From contig OZ220744.1 of NCBI GenBank assembly GCA_965116925.1, positions 1,504,001 through 1,568,000 on the forward strand: a stretch of DNA of 64,000 nt. The letters are read 5' to 3'. Source of the stretch: Candidatus Poribacteria bacterium. GTDB lineage: Bacteria > Poribacteria > WGA-4E > PCPOR2b. Under the pieces are notes generated by a model. It did no database searches, was not told the DNA's origin, and worked only from the letters and a program-made list of their open reading frames with translations. Made by a program: the position numbers and the translations under genes. Of this stretch, positions 20,565 to 29,917 are shown piece by piece (position 1 is the stretch's first letter; the number at the start of each line of letters is the position of its first letter).

Positions 20565-21305
20565 TTAGGTGCGTCCCCTCACATAGGGATCGGGGTTGTT
20601 CTTGACTTCGCGCAGGAGGGTATGGATATATTCCTGAATACGAAAGAGTCGGCAGTTAGAATTTCCCAGCAGTCCTCGGTTTAGCGTCCCTACTTCGTCC
20701 CAGAATGCCCCAAGCAGCGGTCTATCCAACCCGGGATAGGGTATTTCGGGGTCCTGTTCAAGCAGTTCATGCCAATAAAGCACTTCCACAAAATGAACAT
20801 ACGTCGAAGTGTTGTAGTCCACGCCGAGCATGAGCAGTTTGCCATCGGCTTTATACGCCTTCTGCATTGGGGAGTGTGTACCGTAAGTTTTGCCCCACGG
20901 CTCACGGTCCCACGGCGATTTGTACCCCTCACGGCTGAGGTGGGTGCTTACAAACGCTTTCGCATCTTTTCCCCGTGCAGCAACTGAATGGGAGTAATGG
21001 TTGGAGCGGTAGGTATCAGGCATCTGGCGAAAAAATTCGGTGAGCCATCCGACTGTGGACGGCGTTGTTTCGAGGTTCCATGTGCTCACCCGCAACTCTC
21101 TTCCATCTAGGAGATTGAACGAAGGCATCAAGATGAGTCCCTCTCGTCCAACGGCGTCCTCTAGTGCGCCGACTACAGTTCCTGCCCCACCTTCGACAGG
21201 TCCGAGGCTCTTGAATGAGGAGTGAATAAAGAGCGTATCCCCTAGTTCAACGCCCAAGTTTCTCAGGTCGTGTGTGAGTGTTTCGCTTGTATGTGGTGTT
21301 TTCAT
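20565..21305 (-). CDS. AAC(3)/YokD-family N-acetyltransferase
   Basis: LG...GDTLFIHSSFKSLG, RSNHYSHSVAARG and LGVDYNTSTYVHFVE. Confidence 0.88.
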   Translation of the reverse strand: MKTPHTSETLTHDLRNLGVELGDTLFIHSSFKSLGPVEGGAGTVVGALEDAVGREGLILMPSFNLLDGRELRVSTWNLETTPSTVGWLTEFFRQMPDTYRSNHYSHSVAARGKDAKAFVSTHLSREGYKSPWDREPWGKTYGTHSPMQKAYKADGKLLMLGVDYNTSTYVHFVEVLYWHELLEQDPEIPYPGLDRPLLGAFWDEVGTLNRGLLGNSNCRLFRIQEYIHTLLREVKNNPDPYVRGRT

Positions 21306-21343
21306 GTTAGCCTTAATTATAATTGATCAGATTGGAAATATCT

Positions 21344-22546
21344 ATGGGAATTTACGAACAGTTTGGAGTTACCCCGATTATCAACGCCTCCGGCGCGGTA
21401 ACCCGTCTCGGCGGTGCGCCGATGCCCGATGCGGTGCTGAATGCGTTTAACGAAGCTGCCCGTGCGTCGGTGCCGCTTGAACAGCTTCAGGCAGCTGCTT
21501 CCAAAGTTATCGCGGCGGCGACGGGGACGGAAGCCGGTTTAGTTTCCGCCGGTGCTGCGTCCGCGCTGACCTTGGGAACCGCTGCAATCTTGACAGGCTA
21601 CGACTTGGGGCGGATGGAGCGGTTGCCCCACTGCGACGGATTTCCCAACGAGTTTATCGTCGCCCGCGAGCAGCGAAGCGGTTATGATCACGCCGTAAGA
21701 GCCGCCGGTGCACGGCTCGTTGAGGTCGGTTTCAATGAAATCGTTGCCAACGCAGGGGTCCGGCGAACTGAAGCGTGGGAGTATGAAGCCGCCTTTGGAC
21801 CGAATACCGCAGGCGTCCTCTATGTATATAGCCCGACCTCCAGACCTCCGCTCGAAGAGATTGTTGATGTTGCACATCGGCATCAACTGTCTGTATTGGT
21901 AGATGCAGCGGGTGAACTTCCGCCGCGTAGTAATCTTAAATCCATTGCAGCAAGGGGTGCCGATTTGGTAGCCTTTAGCGGCGGTAAGTCCATTCGGGGT
22001 CCCCAGTCAACCGGGATTCTCTGTGGTCGTCGAGATCTTATCGGACCAGCAGTGGCACAATTGTTGGATATGGATGACCACTTAGAACTTTGGGATCCAC
22101 CGGCGTCGCTCATTGATAAGGCAAAGCTTCGTGGTATTCCGCGACACGGTATAGGGCGAGGCTTTAAGGTGTCAAAGGAGGAGATTATTGCTCTGCTTGT
22201 GGCGTTGCAGCTTTTCACCTCCGGTGCCTATGATGAAGAAATCTCCAAAGCGCACGCACGTCTCAACCGGATAGCGGAAGTGCTCAAAGACTCTCCGGCA
22301 GAATGCAGCCTCCGTGATAAAGGTGATGGCGAAAGCCTTCCGCTTTTGGAAATCACGATTGATGAAGCAGCTATCGGTCGAGGGGCGATGGCGATCTGCC
22401 AAAGCCTCCGAAACGGTGTCCCACCGGTTTATGTCAGCCACAGTGGTCTCCGAGAGGGAAAACTTTTGATTAACCCACTGCACTTGAACGACAGCAACAG
22501 TGAGACGCTCGCCGAGCGAATTCGTCAAGAATTGGAACAGGGTTGA
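21344..22546 (+). CDS. SelA-related PLP-dependent enzyme (DgaE-like)
   Basis: IINASGAVTRLGG, VDAAGE, FSGGKSIRGPQSTG and GIGRGFKVSKEEI; about 400 aa. Confidence 0.85.
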   Translation: MGIYEQFGVTPIINASGAVTRLGGAPMPDAVLNAFNEAARASVPLEQLQAAASKVIAAATGTEAGLVSAGAASALTLGTAAILTGYDLGRMERLPHCDGFPNEFIVAREQRSGYDHAVRAAGARLVEVGFNEIVANAGVRRTEAWEYEAAFGPNTAGVLYVYSPTSRPPLEEIVDVAHRHQLSVLVDAAGELPPRSNLKSIAARGADLVAFSGGKSIRGPQSTGILCGRRDLIGPAVAQLLDMDDHLELWDPPASLIDKAKLRGIPRHGIGRGFKVSKEEIIALLVALQLFTSGAYDEEISKAHARLNRIAEVLKDSPAECSLRDKGDGESLPLLEITIDEAAIGRGAMAICQSLRNGVPPVYVSHSGLREGKLLINPLHLNDSNSETLAERIRQELEQG

Positions 22547-22629
22547 ATGATAAGCGTGAAACGTGATGCGTGAAACGTGACAAACCATTTGTTCATTGGT
22601 GGAGTCGGGCTAGGAAACCCGATCTATGG

Positions 22630-22688
22630 ACCTCATATTAAAAGAAAACAAAACTCGGTTTCTATTGCACGATTTTTTACGTGAGCGA
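22630..22688. repeat. MITE family A partial copy
   Basis: AAAACTCGGTTTCTATTGCAC...TTACGTGAGCGA. Confidence 0.6.
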
Positions 22689-22695
22689 ATTAATT

Positions 22696-23178
22696 ATGCC
22701 ACGAAAGAACAAGATTCTCAACATCGGTGATAAGGCACCGCTATTCACATTGACCTCTGTTCAGCGTCAAACCGTGAGTCTGGAGTCGTATTTCGGTCGG
22801 CAGCCTGTCATCCTTGCCTTTTTTCGGGGAACGTGGTGACCGAACAGCCGTCGCCAGTTAGGAGACCTCCAGCGCGCTAGCAATGAATATACAGAACTAG
22901 AGGCTGCGGTTCTTAGTATCGTGGGTCAATGGCCCCGTGAGGTGCGCCGATATGCTGAAACACACGATATTACCTTTCCGTTGCTCACGGATAAGGAGCG
23001 ACAGGTGATTAAAAGCTATGGGGTGTATCATTGGCTAGGACTTGATGCGTATAACATCGCTCGGCCTGCGACATTTGTGATTGATAAGGATTTAATTATC
23101 CGGTTCATGTATATTGGCTCACATCAGTTTGATCTTCCCAAACATGAGGATATTATCGCAGCCTTGAAAGGGCTTTAA
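22696..23178 (+). CDS. AhpC/TSA peroxiredoxin-like putative selenoprotein (UGA at 22837-22839)
   Basis: Continuous frame MPRKNKILNIGDKAPLFTL...FFRGTW-UGA-PNSRRQL...FPLLTD...ARPATFVID; the UGA sits at the catalytic Cys position. Confidence 0.85.
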
Positions 23179-23206
23179 GATAGTAACAGATAAAGAGAGG
23201 ACTCAG

Positions 23207-23887
23207 ATGATTCTTACTGGACACCGGGGCGCAGCAAAACTTGAACCAGAGAATACGCTGCTATCCATTCAAAAAGCGATAGATCTCGACGTTGATCAGG
23301 TTGAGATTGATGTGCATCTCACGCGCGATCAGCATCTGGTGGTCATCCATGACACCACTGTGGATCGGACAACCGATGGGCAAGGGGCAATCGCCGATTT
23401 TACGTTAGCAGAAGTGAAACAGTTGGATGCCGGCAAAGGAGAGCGCGTCCCAACGCTACAGGAGGTGATGGATCTGGTGCGCGGGAAAGTGATTCTCCAG
23501 ATTGAACTAAAAGGGCCCGACACCGCTGAGCCGGTCATCCAAGCGGTCGAACAAAATAGTATGGAAAACGAGGTGCTGCTGACTTCGTTTGTCCATGACC
23601 GGCTACGCGAAGCGCGCCAGATTAATCCGAATTTGAGGCTAGGTGCGTTGTGGGCGCATCCGCCGCCTGATGCGTGTGAACAGGCAATTGATATGGGGGC
23701 AGAGGCGATACACATCCAACATCTGAACATTGACCCCCAACTAGTTCAGAAAGCACATGCACACGGTCTCAAGATTCGTGCTTGGAACCCTGACACGGTT
23801 GAGGAGATACAGCGTGTTGTTGATCTGGGGGTTGACGCGATTGGCTCAAATCGTCCGGATCTGTTAATCGCGGTTAGAGGCACGTGA
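23207..23887 (+). CDS. Glycerophosphodiester phosphodiesterase family protein (paralog of 3024-3749)
   Basis: GHRGAAKLEPENT, HDTTVDRTT and IELK. Confidence 0.9.
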   Translation: MILTGHRGAAKLEPENTLLSIQKAIDLDVDQVEIDVHLTRDQHLVVIHDTTVDRTTDGQGAIADFTLAEVKQLDAGKGERVPTLQEVMDLVRGKVILQIELKGPDTAEPVIQAVEQNSMENEVLLTSFVHDRLREARQINPNLRLGALWAHPPPDACEQAIDMGAEAIHIQHLNIDPQLVQKAHAHGLKIRAWNPDTVEEIQRVVDLGVDAIGSNRPDLLIAVRGT

Positions 23888-24427
23888 TTCTTGTTGCTCA
23901 ATCGTCCACTTTGTATATCTTGCGATTTTTTTCTTATCATCAGAGGGAGTTACTTCTAATTGTCGGAGCGCGGGCAGGGCGTATGAATCTCCGATAGCAC
24001 CAAGTGCCTCTGCAATCGCCGAACGTAAGTGACCTCCTATATCGTTATTATCATCAAGGGTGTCCAGTACAGAAAGCAACGGTTTAACTGCCCGTGAATC
24101 GCCAAGGTCACGAAAGATTTGTGCAATTTCCTCTCGCCCTGCCGTTGGATTCTCAACAAATATTTTAGACAGGACTGGTACCGCTTCTCTAGTCGGACAC
24201 TCCCACAGGGCACAAATCAGAGCGTATTCAGCGGCACCCGTGAAGTTTTCTCCGGACTTAAACGCTTGATATTGTGCCTCCAATTCCTCCACAAGGATTT
24301 TACTAAAAGGTTCAGCCTGCTGTTGAGCAAATTTGACAAAGCTACGAACACTCGTCAGAAAACTCCCGTCAGGTGCTTTTTCGACTCTATCGAGCATTTC
24401 CTTGGTTTTGATTCTTATCTCTTCCAT
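23864..24427 (-). CDS. HEAT-repeat protein
   Basis: LGDSRAVKPLL and AEALGAIGDSYALPAL repeats. Confidence 0.7.
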   Translation of the reverse strand: MEEIRIKTKEMLDRVEKAPDGSFLTSVRSFVKFAQQQAEPFSKILVEELEAQYQAFKSGENFTGAAEYALICALWECPTREAVPVLSKIFVENPTAGREEIAQIFRDLGDSRAVKPLLSVLDTLDDNNDIGGHLRSAIAEALGAIGDSYALPALRQLEVTPSDDKKKIARYTKWTIEQQESRASNRD

Positions 24428-24434
24428 GAACCCT

Positions 24435-25700
24435 TTACGTTTCACCATACGGTCCCGCGATTGCGATACTGCATAGATCCGGGTGCAGATATTTCTGGGC
24501 AGCCGCGTTTACGTGTGCACGGGTGACGTTCCAGTAGATTGATTCATGCCGCTCAAGATAGTCGAGTCCCAACCCGTACAACTCTGCGGTTAGGAGCACT
24601 GCGGCGAGTCCCCTGTTCGTTTCGAGGGCGAGCGCGAAATTTCCGACAATTAGGTTCTGGGCGTCCGACAATTCTTCTGCCGTGATACCATCGGATTTCA
24701 TCAACTCAATTTCGTGCAGGATACTGTTAATGGCTTTATCGACGTTGGCGGGATTGACGCCTGCGCTTGCATGGAAAAGCCCTTCGCCGATTGATGGAGT
24801 GAACGAGCTCCAGACGCTGTATGCGAGTCCTTGCACATCACGCACCCGCCCAAATAAGCGGGCAATCCCCGCGCTTCCACCCAAGACAGCGTTCATGAGA
24901 TTGATCGTGTAGAAGTCTGGATTTGTTCGGGTAATCCCTTTATGCCCCAACTCGATATTTGCTTGCGATTTGTCCATCATCGGTTGGACCACAATCTGCT
25001 TTTCGCCATATTCCACCGCCGGTATGGTGAAGGGTGGTTTTTCACCATTTGCCTTCCAATCCCCCATTGCGGCGTCAATTTTTTCAATAATCGCCTGTGT
25101 CTCCACATCACCAACAATCGCCAGAACCAGCGAGTCGGGACGATAATAAGCCGCATGGAAATCAACGAGTGTTTTCCTTTGAATGCGTTTGAGCGATGCC
25201 TCCGTCCCCTGCACGCGCCAATGATAGGGGTGTTCGTCGGGATAGACAGCCTCTCGAAGTAGCCGATCTGCGACATCATCCGTCTCATCTTCCCACGCCT
25301 TCAGCCAGCTATAAACCTGATGCCGGTGTTTTTCAATCTCTTCTTGTGGGAAGTTCGGGGTACGCAGGATGTCGTTGAGTACGTCAAGCACCCGATCAAA
25401 ATCCTTTGACAGCAGCCGTCCCTCAATACTTACGGTCTCGGTACTCCCTCCAGCATTTAGACTCGCGCCGACAGATTCGGTTGCCTCGGCAATTTCTTCC
25501 CACCCCCGGTTTTCGGTTCCTTTGGTCAGCATATTGGCAACGACATCTGAAAGCCCGTAGAGACCTTGTGGGTCATACATGCTGCCCGCCTTCAAGCGTC
25601 CACTGATCGCAACGGTTTGATTGAAATGGTTTTCTTGGATGAGCAGCGTCAAACCGTTGTCAAATATGTGGCGTGTGGTTGGTGGTTGATGGCTACTCAT
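24435..25700 (-). CDS. M16 peptidase family, non-catalytic subunit
   Basis: M16 fold motifs (RLFGRVRDVQGLAY); HxxEH is absent. Confidence 0.88.
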   Translation of the reverse strand: MSSHQPPTTRHIFDNGLTLLIQENHFNQTVAISGRLKAGSMYDPQGLYGLSDVVANMLTKGTENRGWEEIAEATESVGASLNAGGSTETVSIEGRLLSKDFDRVLDVLNDILRTPNFPQEEIEKHRHQVYSWLKAWEDETDDVADRLLREAVYPDEHPYHWRVQGTEASLKRIQRKTLVDFHAAYYRPDSLVLAIVGDVETQAIIEKIDAAMGDWKANGEKPPFTIPAVEYGEKQIVVQPMMDKSQANIELGHKGITRTNPDFYTINLMNAVLGGSAGIARLFGRVRDVQGLAYSVWSSFTPSIGEGLFHASAGVNPANVDKAINSILHEIELMKSDGITAEELSDAQNLIVGNFALALETNRGLAAVLLTAELYGLGLDYLERHESIYWNVTRAHVNAAAQKYLHPDLCSIAIAGPYGET

Positions 25701-26977
25701 CTTTCAACTCCTCCTTGTTCCGGTGAAATTGGTTGAAAATATCCGACTGTGCGGTTATCTTCGGTGAAGTACTTCTGAGCAACTTCACGAATTTGCTCGC
25801 GGGTGACAGACCGAATATTGTCGAGATAGGTATCGAGGTATCTGTAATTGTAGACAGTTTCGTAGTAACCGATCTGCGCTGCCTGATTTGAGACGCTGTC
25901 GAGGGAGAAGATGAACTGTGCTTCTGTTTGGTTTATTGCTTTTTCCAGTTCGGTTTCTGTGAGTGTGTTGTTCTGCATAAAGTCTATCTGTCCTAGCAAT
26001 GCCTTTTCGAGCGTGGCTGGATCTACACCGACCTGTGCTTCTGCGAATGTCCAAGCCAATCCTGCATCTTTGGAAAAATCTGGATAGAAATAGGCGGAAG
26101 TTGCCAACTGTTTATCGACCAAGGCGCGATAGAAGCGTGAAGTTTTGCCCATACTCAGCACGGTGCTGATTACTTCCAGCGGGTAGAAGTCTGGATGCCC
26201 GGCTGCGGGGATATGATAGACGATAGCAACATAAGCGAGTGTTCCTTCCTTACGAACTGTGACCCGTCTTTCGCCTCGCTGTTCAGGTTCAGTCGTCGAG
26301 GGACCCGTAATCGGCTCGCCGGGGGGAAGAGAGCCGAAGTGGGTTTCAACCTGTTCCATCAGTTCTGCCGTATCGAAATCTCCAACGAGGACGAGGGTTG
26401 CATTGTTCGGAACGTAGCGTTGGCGGTAGTAGTTGTAGAGGTCATCGCGGGTCATCGTTTTGAGGTCTGAGGGCCAACCGATGATACCCCACTGATAGGG
26501 GTGGGCTTTGTAGGCGGTTGCCTGTACCTCTTCCCTCAACCCGAAATGGGGTGTATTCTCATATCCCTCGCGTTCCGAAAGGATTACTGTGCGTTCCGCT
26601 TCGACCTCGTCTGGATCAAAGACGCTGTTCTGCATCCGATCCGACTCCAAGGCAAGCGCGACCGAAATTTTGTCCGCAGGCAGGGTTTCATAATAGGCGG
26701 TATAGTCGTTGCTGGTAAAGGCATTCCATCTGCCGCCGTTGCCTTCGATAAAGCGTCCGAGCTCCTCTTTCGAGAATTTGGGTGTGCCTTTGAAAAGCAT
26801 GTGTTCGACCCAATGGGAAACGCCTGTGAGTCCGGGGCGTTCATTGCGTGAGCCAACTTTGTACCAGATATAACTGCTGGCGACCGGGGCGGCGTGGACC
26901 TCCTTCGTTAAGACCTTCAAACCGTTGATCAGTTGGTGTTCGATGATTTCAGACTGGGTTTCGACCTGTTTGGTCAT
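25697..26977 (-). CDS. M16 (pitrilysin-family) zinc peptidase, catalytic subunit
   Basis: HWVEHMLFKGT and NAFTSNDYTAY. Confidence 0.92.
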   Translation of the reverse strand: MTKQVETQSEIIEHQLINGLKVLTKEVHAAPVASSYIWYKVGSRNERPGLTGVSHWVEHMLFKGTPKFSKEELGRFIEGNGGRWNAFTSNDYTAYYETLPADKISVALALESDRMQNSVFDPDEVEAERTVILSEREGYENTPHFGLREEVQATAYKAHPYQWGIIGWPSDLKTMTRDDLYNYYRQRYVPNNATLVLVGDFDTAELMEQVETHFGSLPPGEPITGPSTTEPEQRGERRVTVRKEGTLAYVAIVYHIPAAGHPDFYPLEVISTVLSMGKTSRFYRALVDKQLATSAYFYPDFSKDAGLAWTFAEAQVGVDPATLEKALLGQIDFMQNNTLTETELEKAINQTEAQFIFSLDSVSNQAAQIGYYETVYNYRYLDTYLDNIRSVTREQIREVAQKYFTEDNRTVGYFQPISPEQGGVER

Positions 26978-26993
26978 AATGGGATCCTTTCAC

Positions 26994-28172
26994 TTACAGC
27001 ACGGCTAAAATCGCTTCTACAACATAATCCAAGTTCTTGGGCGAAAGCCCTGCCACGTTCAGGCGACCGTTTGTCGGCATGTAGATAGCATATTCTTCTC
27101 GCAACCGATCCACAGCATCTTTGGAAAGCCCGGAATAAGAGAACATCCCGTTCTGCTTGTACATGAAGCTAAAATCCACTGAGCTGCCGCCTGCGTTTAA
27201 GCCTTCCGCCAACGCCTTGCGCATACCAGAGATTCGGTCTCGCATGACTGCCAGTTCACTCTCCCATTCCTGTCTTAGCGTGTCAGAGGCGAGCACCGCC
27301 GCAATGATGCGCGAGCCATGTAGAGGTGGGTTGGAATAGTTGGCACGGATGATTCGCATGACTTGAGACTTGACCCGTTCAGCAGTTTCCACATCAGCCG
27401 TAACAACATAGAATCCGCCGATTCGCTCCCCATAAAGCCCAAAGTTTTTGGAATAGGAGTTTGCGACTAGCATCTGATGACCTTCAGCGAGAAAATGACG
27501 GACTGCCATTGCATCTTCATCAATGCCGCGTCCAAACCCTTGATACGCGAAATCAAATACGGGCAGCAGCCCCTGCGTCTTGATGGCTGTGGAGATTTCC
27601 TTCCAATCCACAGGTGTTGGATCGAGTCCGGTTGGGTTGTGGCAACAGGCGTGAAGTAGGATTGGGCTTCCGCTGGGGATGGATTTAATGACTTCGATCA
27701 TGCGCGACTTGGTAAACTCCCTGCGCTTTGCATCATAGTAGGGATATGATGCGACCTCCAGACCAGCCCTTGCAAAAACTTGGTTGTGATTTGCCCAAGT
27801 TGGATCCGGAATGTAGATGACTTGGCTTCCGATTTGGGCGAGAAACTCGGCAGCGAGTCGGACACCGGCTGTTCCGCCGGGTGCTTGCGCCCCGAAAATA
27901 TTGTCTTGTTCCGTATCGAATACCAATTTGATGGAATGCTTCACGTATTCTGGGTCGCCATCTTGAGAGAGGTACTCCTTATCCATACCTTCCGTGAGGA
28001 TTTGCCCCTCTGCTTTCCTGACAGCTGCAAGCACAAGCGGCTGGAGGTCATCGGTCTTGTAGGCACCAATACTCAAGTTTACTTTGTTTGACCGCGGATC
28101 CGCTTTGAAAGCCGCGTTAAGTCCCAAGATGGGATCGGGGGGTGCCATTTCTATTGTGTCGAAAAAATTCAT
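26994..28172 (-). CDS. aspC: Aspartate/aromatic aminotransferase (AspC/TyrB type)
   Basis: APPDPILG, HACCHNPTGLD, DFAYQGFG and SYSKNFGLYGERIG. Confidence 0.9.
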   Translation of the reverse strand: MNFFDTIEMAPPDPILGLNAAFKADPRSNKVNLSIGAYKTDDLQPLVLAAVRKAEGQILTEGMDKEYLSQDGDPEYVKHSIKLVFDTEQDNIFGAQAPGGTAGVRLAAEFLAQIGSQVIYIPDPTWANHNQVFARAGLEVASYPYYDAKRREFTKSRMIEVIKSIPSGSPILLHACCHNPTGLDPTPVDWKEISTAIKTQGLLPVFDFAYQGFGRGIDEDAMAVRHFLAEGHQMLVANSYSKNFGLYGERIGGFYVVTADVETAERVKSQVMRIIRANYSNPPLHGSRIIAAVLASDTLRQEWESELAVMRDRISGMRKALAEGLNAGGSSVDFSFMYKQNGMFSYSGLSKDAVDRLREEYAIYMPTNGRLNVAGLSPKNLDYVVEAILAVL

Positions 28173-28248
28173 CTTGTTTGCTCCTAAGTTTGTGCAGTTT
28201 TAACCGAGATAATAAAAGAGAGAGGGTGACATTTTGGAATGGCGTCCC

Positions 28249-29481
28249 TTAGAGCGTGGTCATCAATTTTCGGAATGCGTTCAGTTGGGGTTGAATTACA
28301 TGAGGTTCAGGCACTCGTCGCTCAAGTGCTTCAATGGTCTTCAGTCCGTTGCCCGTGATGCTGACGACAATGCGCTCATCTCGACTGATGTGTCCACTTT
28401 CGATTAGCTTTTTCGCCACTGCGAGCGTGACACCGCCAGCTGTTTCAGTGAAGATACCTTCCGTCGCCGCAAGGAGCTTGATTGCTTCGACGATTTCATC
28501 ATCACTCGCATGTTCGCCGTGTCCACCCGAATTCCGCACCGTATCCGCAGCATAAATTCCGTCAGCGGGATTACCGATCGCAAGGGATTTGGCGATGGTA
28601 TCCGGTTTAACAGGCTTGACAAAATCGCTGCCCTCTTTGACCGTTGTAGCAATGGGGCCGCAACCTTCAGCCTGTGCGACGTGGATGCTTGTTTGTGGCT
28701 TGTCGATCAGCCCTAGCATATGAAATTCTTTCAACGCCTTGCCCACCTTTGTGATGAGTGAACCGCCTGCTGCTGGAACCACAATGTGATCCGGTGCTTC
28801 CCAACCGAGTTGCTCGATAATCTCATAGGTGAAGGTTTTGGAGCCTTCTGCGTAAAATGGACGGATGTTGATGTTAGCAAACGCCCAAGGGTAGACACCG
28901 GCGATCTCGCTGCATAGTCGGTTGACATCGTCATAATTTCCTGCGATCCCGACCACCGTTGGAGCGTAAACGAGCGAAGCTACCACTTTCCCCATCTCCA
29001 GATCGGCGGGGATAAAGATGAAACAGTTGAGGTTTGCGATTGCTGCGTTTGCCGCGACAGAGTTGGCTAGATTGCCGGTCGAGGCGCACGATACGGTGTC
29101 GAATCCAAACTCCTTTGCTTTACTTAGCGCAACTGCAACGACACGATCTTTGAAGGAGAGGGTCGGGTGACATACCGAATCATCTTTGATATATAGTGCC
29201 TCCACACCGAGCACTGCCTCTAGATTTTTGGCACGGATTAACGGGGTAAATCCCGAATGGAAGCCATCGGTCGGCTCACCATCAATTGGCAGTAGGTCGG
29301 CATAACGCCAGAGGCTTTCGGGACCTCGCTCAATGGATTCCCGCGAGATCGACCTCTGGATTACCTCGTAGTTGTAGTCTACCTCAAGGGGACCAAAACA
29401 GAACTCACATACGTGGAGTGGTTCTTTGGGATACTGCCTTCCACATTCACGACATTTCAATCCTAGTACTTTTTCTTGCAT
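28249..29481 (-). CDS. thrC: Threonine synthase family PLP enzyme (N-terminal Zn-ribbon type)
   Basis: CRECG..CEFCFGPL, PTLSFKDR, CASTGNLA and TGNGLK. Confidence 0.88.
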   Translation of the reverse strand: MQEKVLGLKCRECGRQYPKEPLHVCEFCFGPLEVDYNYEVIQRSISRESIERGPESLWRYADLLPIDGEPTDGFHSGFTPLIRAKNLEAVLGVEALYIKDDSVCHPTLSFKDRVVAVALSKAKEFGFDTVSCASTGNLANSVAANAAIANLNCFIFIPADLEMGKVVASLVYAPTVVGIAGNYDDVNRLCSEIAGVYPWAFANINIRPFYAEGSKTFTYEIIEQLGWEAPDHIVVPAAGGSLITKVGKALKEFHMLGLIDKPQTSIHVAQAEGCGPIATTVKEGSDFVKPVKPDTIAKSLAIGNPADGIYAADTVRNSGGHGEHASDDEIVEAIKLLAATEGIFTETAGGVTLAVAKKLIESGHISRDERIVVSITGNGLKTIEALERRVPEPHVIQPQLNAFRKLMTTL

Positions 29482-29585
29482 GTTCGTCTCCGTTAGTTCA
29501 AAATATAAGGAAATTCTGCTAGCAAACAGTCAGTCAATTTTACGAGACAATATCGACTGACCGTTTCGTTAAAAATGTAGACAAT

Positions 29586-29619
29586 AAAAAAGCCTATCAT
29601 CACGGCTGTGACAATAGGC
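29586..29619 (-). terminator. Intrinsic terminator (attenuator) in the thrC leader
   Basis: GCCUAUUGUCAC-AGCC-GUGAUGAUAGGC-UUUUUU: 12-bp stem with 2 GU pairs and a U-tract. Confidence 0.85.
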
Positions 29620-29665
29620 AATTCTGTCAAGTATATATGTTGTTAAAAACAATCCCAATTCATAT

Positions 29666-29803
29666 CTAAATTTGCCTATTTTCACCTTGCCCCGCACGCA
29701 TGGACACCGCAACAGCAATGCCCATGCCCGGCATGTACATAGTCATATTCGCAAAGGAAGCAAAGTGAATAATTGTGGAAAAGTTGAAGTGAGATTGCCG
29801 CAT
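29666..29803 (-). CDS. Putative Met-rich leader peptide (45 aa)
   Basis: MRQSHFNFSTIIHFASFANMTMYMPGMGIAVAVSMRAGQGENRQI; its 3' end is complementary to the terminator 5' arm. Confidence 0.7.
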   Translation of the reverse strand: MRQSHFNFSTIIHFASFANMTMYMPGMGIAVAVSMRAGQGENRQI

Positions 29804-29847
29804 CTTTCTAATTCGCCTACCTATGTTATTTATTAAAAGACCACTTA

Positions 29848-29877
29848 ATTTTAGCATACACCCCTATATAAAGGCAA
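29848..29877 (-). promoter_or_regulatory. Putative promoter for the leader-thrC transcript
   Basis: TTGCCT-N18-TAAAAT with an extended -10 TG. Confidence 0.5.
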
Positions 29878-29917
29878 GGGAAAATTAACAATCGCTGGAG
29901 CTTGATGATTAACGTCG

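Noticed and set aside
20565..21305. Aminoglycoside resistance from the AAC(3)-like gene and the APH-like gene at 62066-62968
   Set aside because: These are family-level matches only; the families include many enzymes unrelated to resistance.
21344..22546. Calling this gene selA
   Set aside because: It is shorter than typical bacterial SelA and its motifs fit the SelA-related/DgaE subgroup.
29480..29900. SAM riboswitch or T-box upstream of thrC
   Set aside because: No SAM-I core or T-box consensus recognised; the leader-peptide model explains the structures. An extra hairpin at 29524-29566 remains unexplained.
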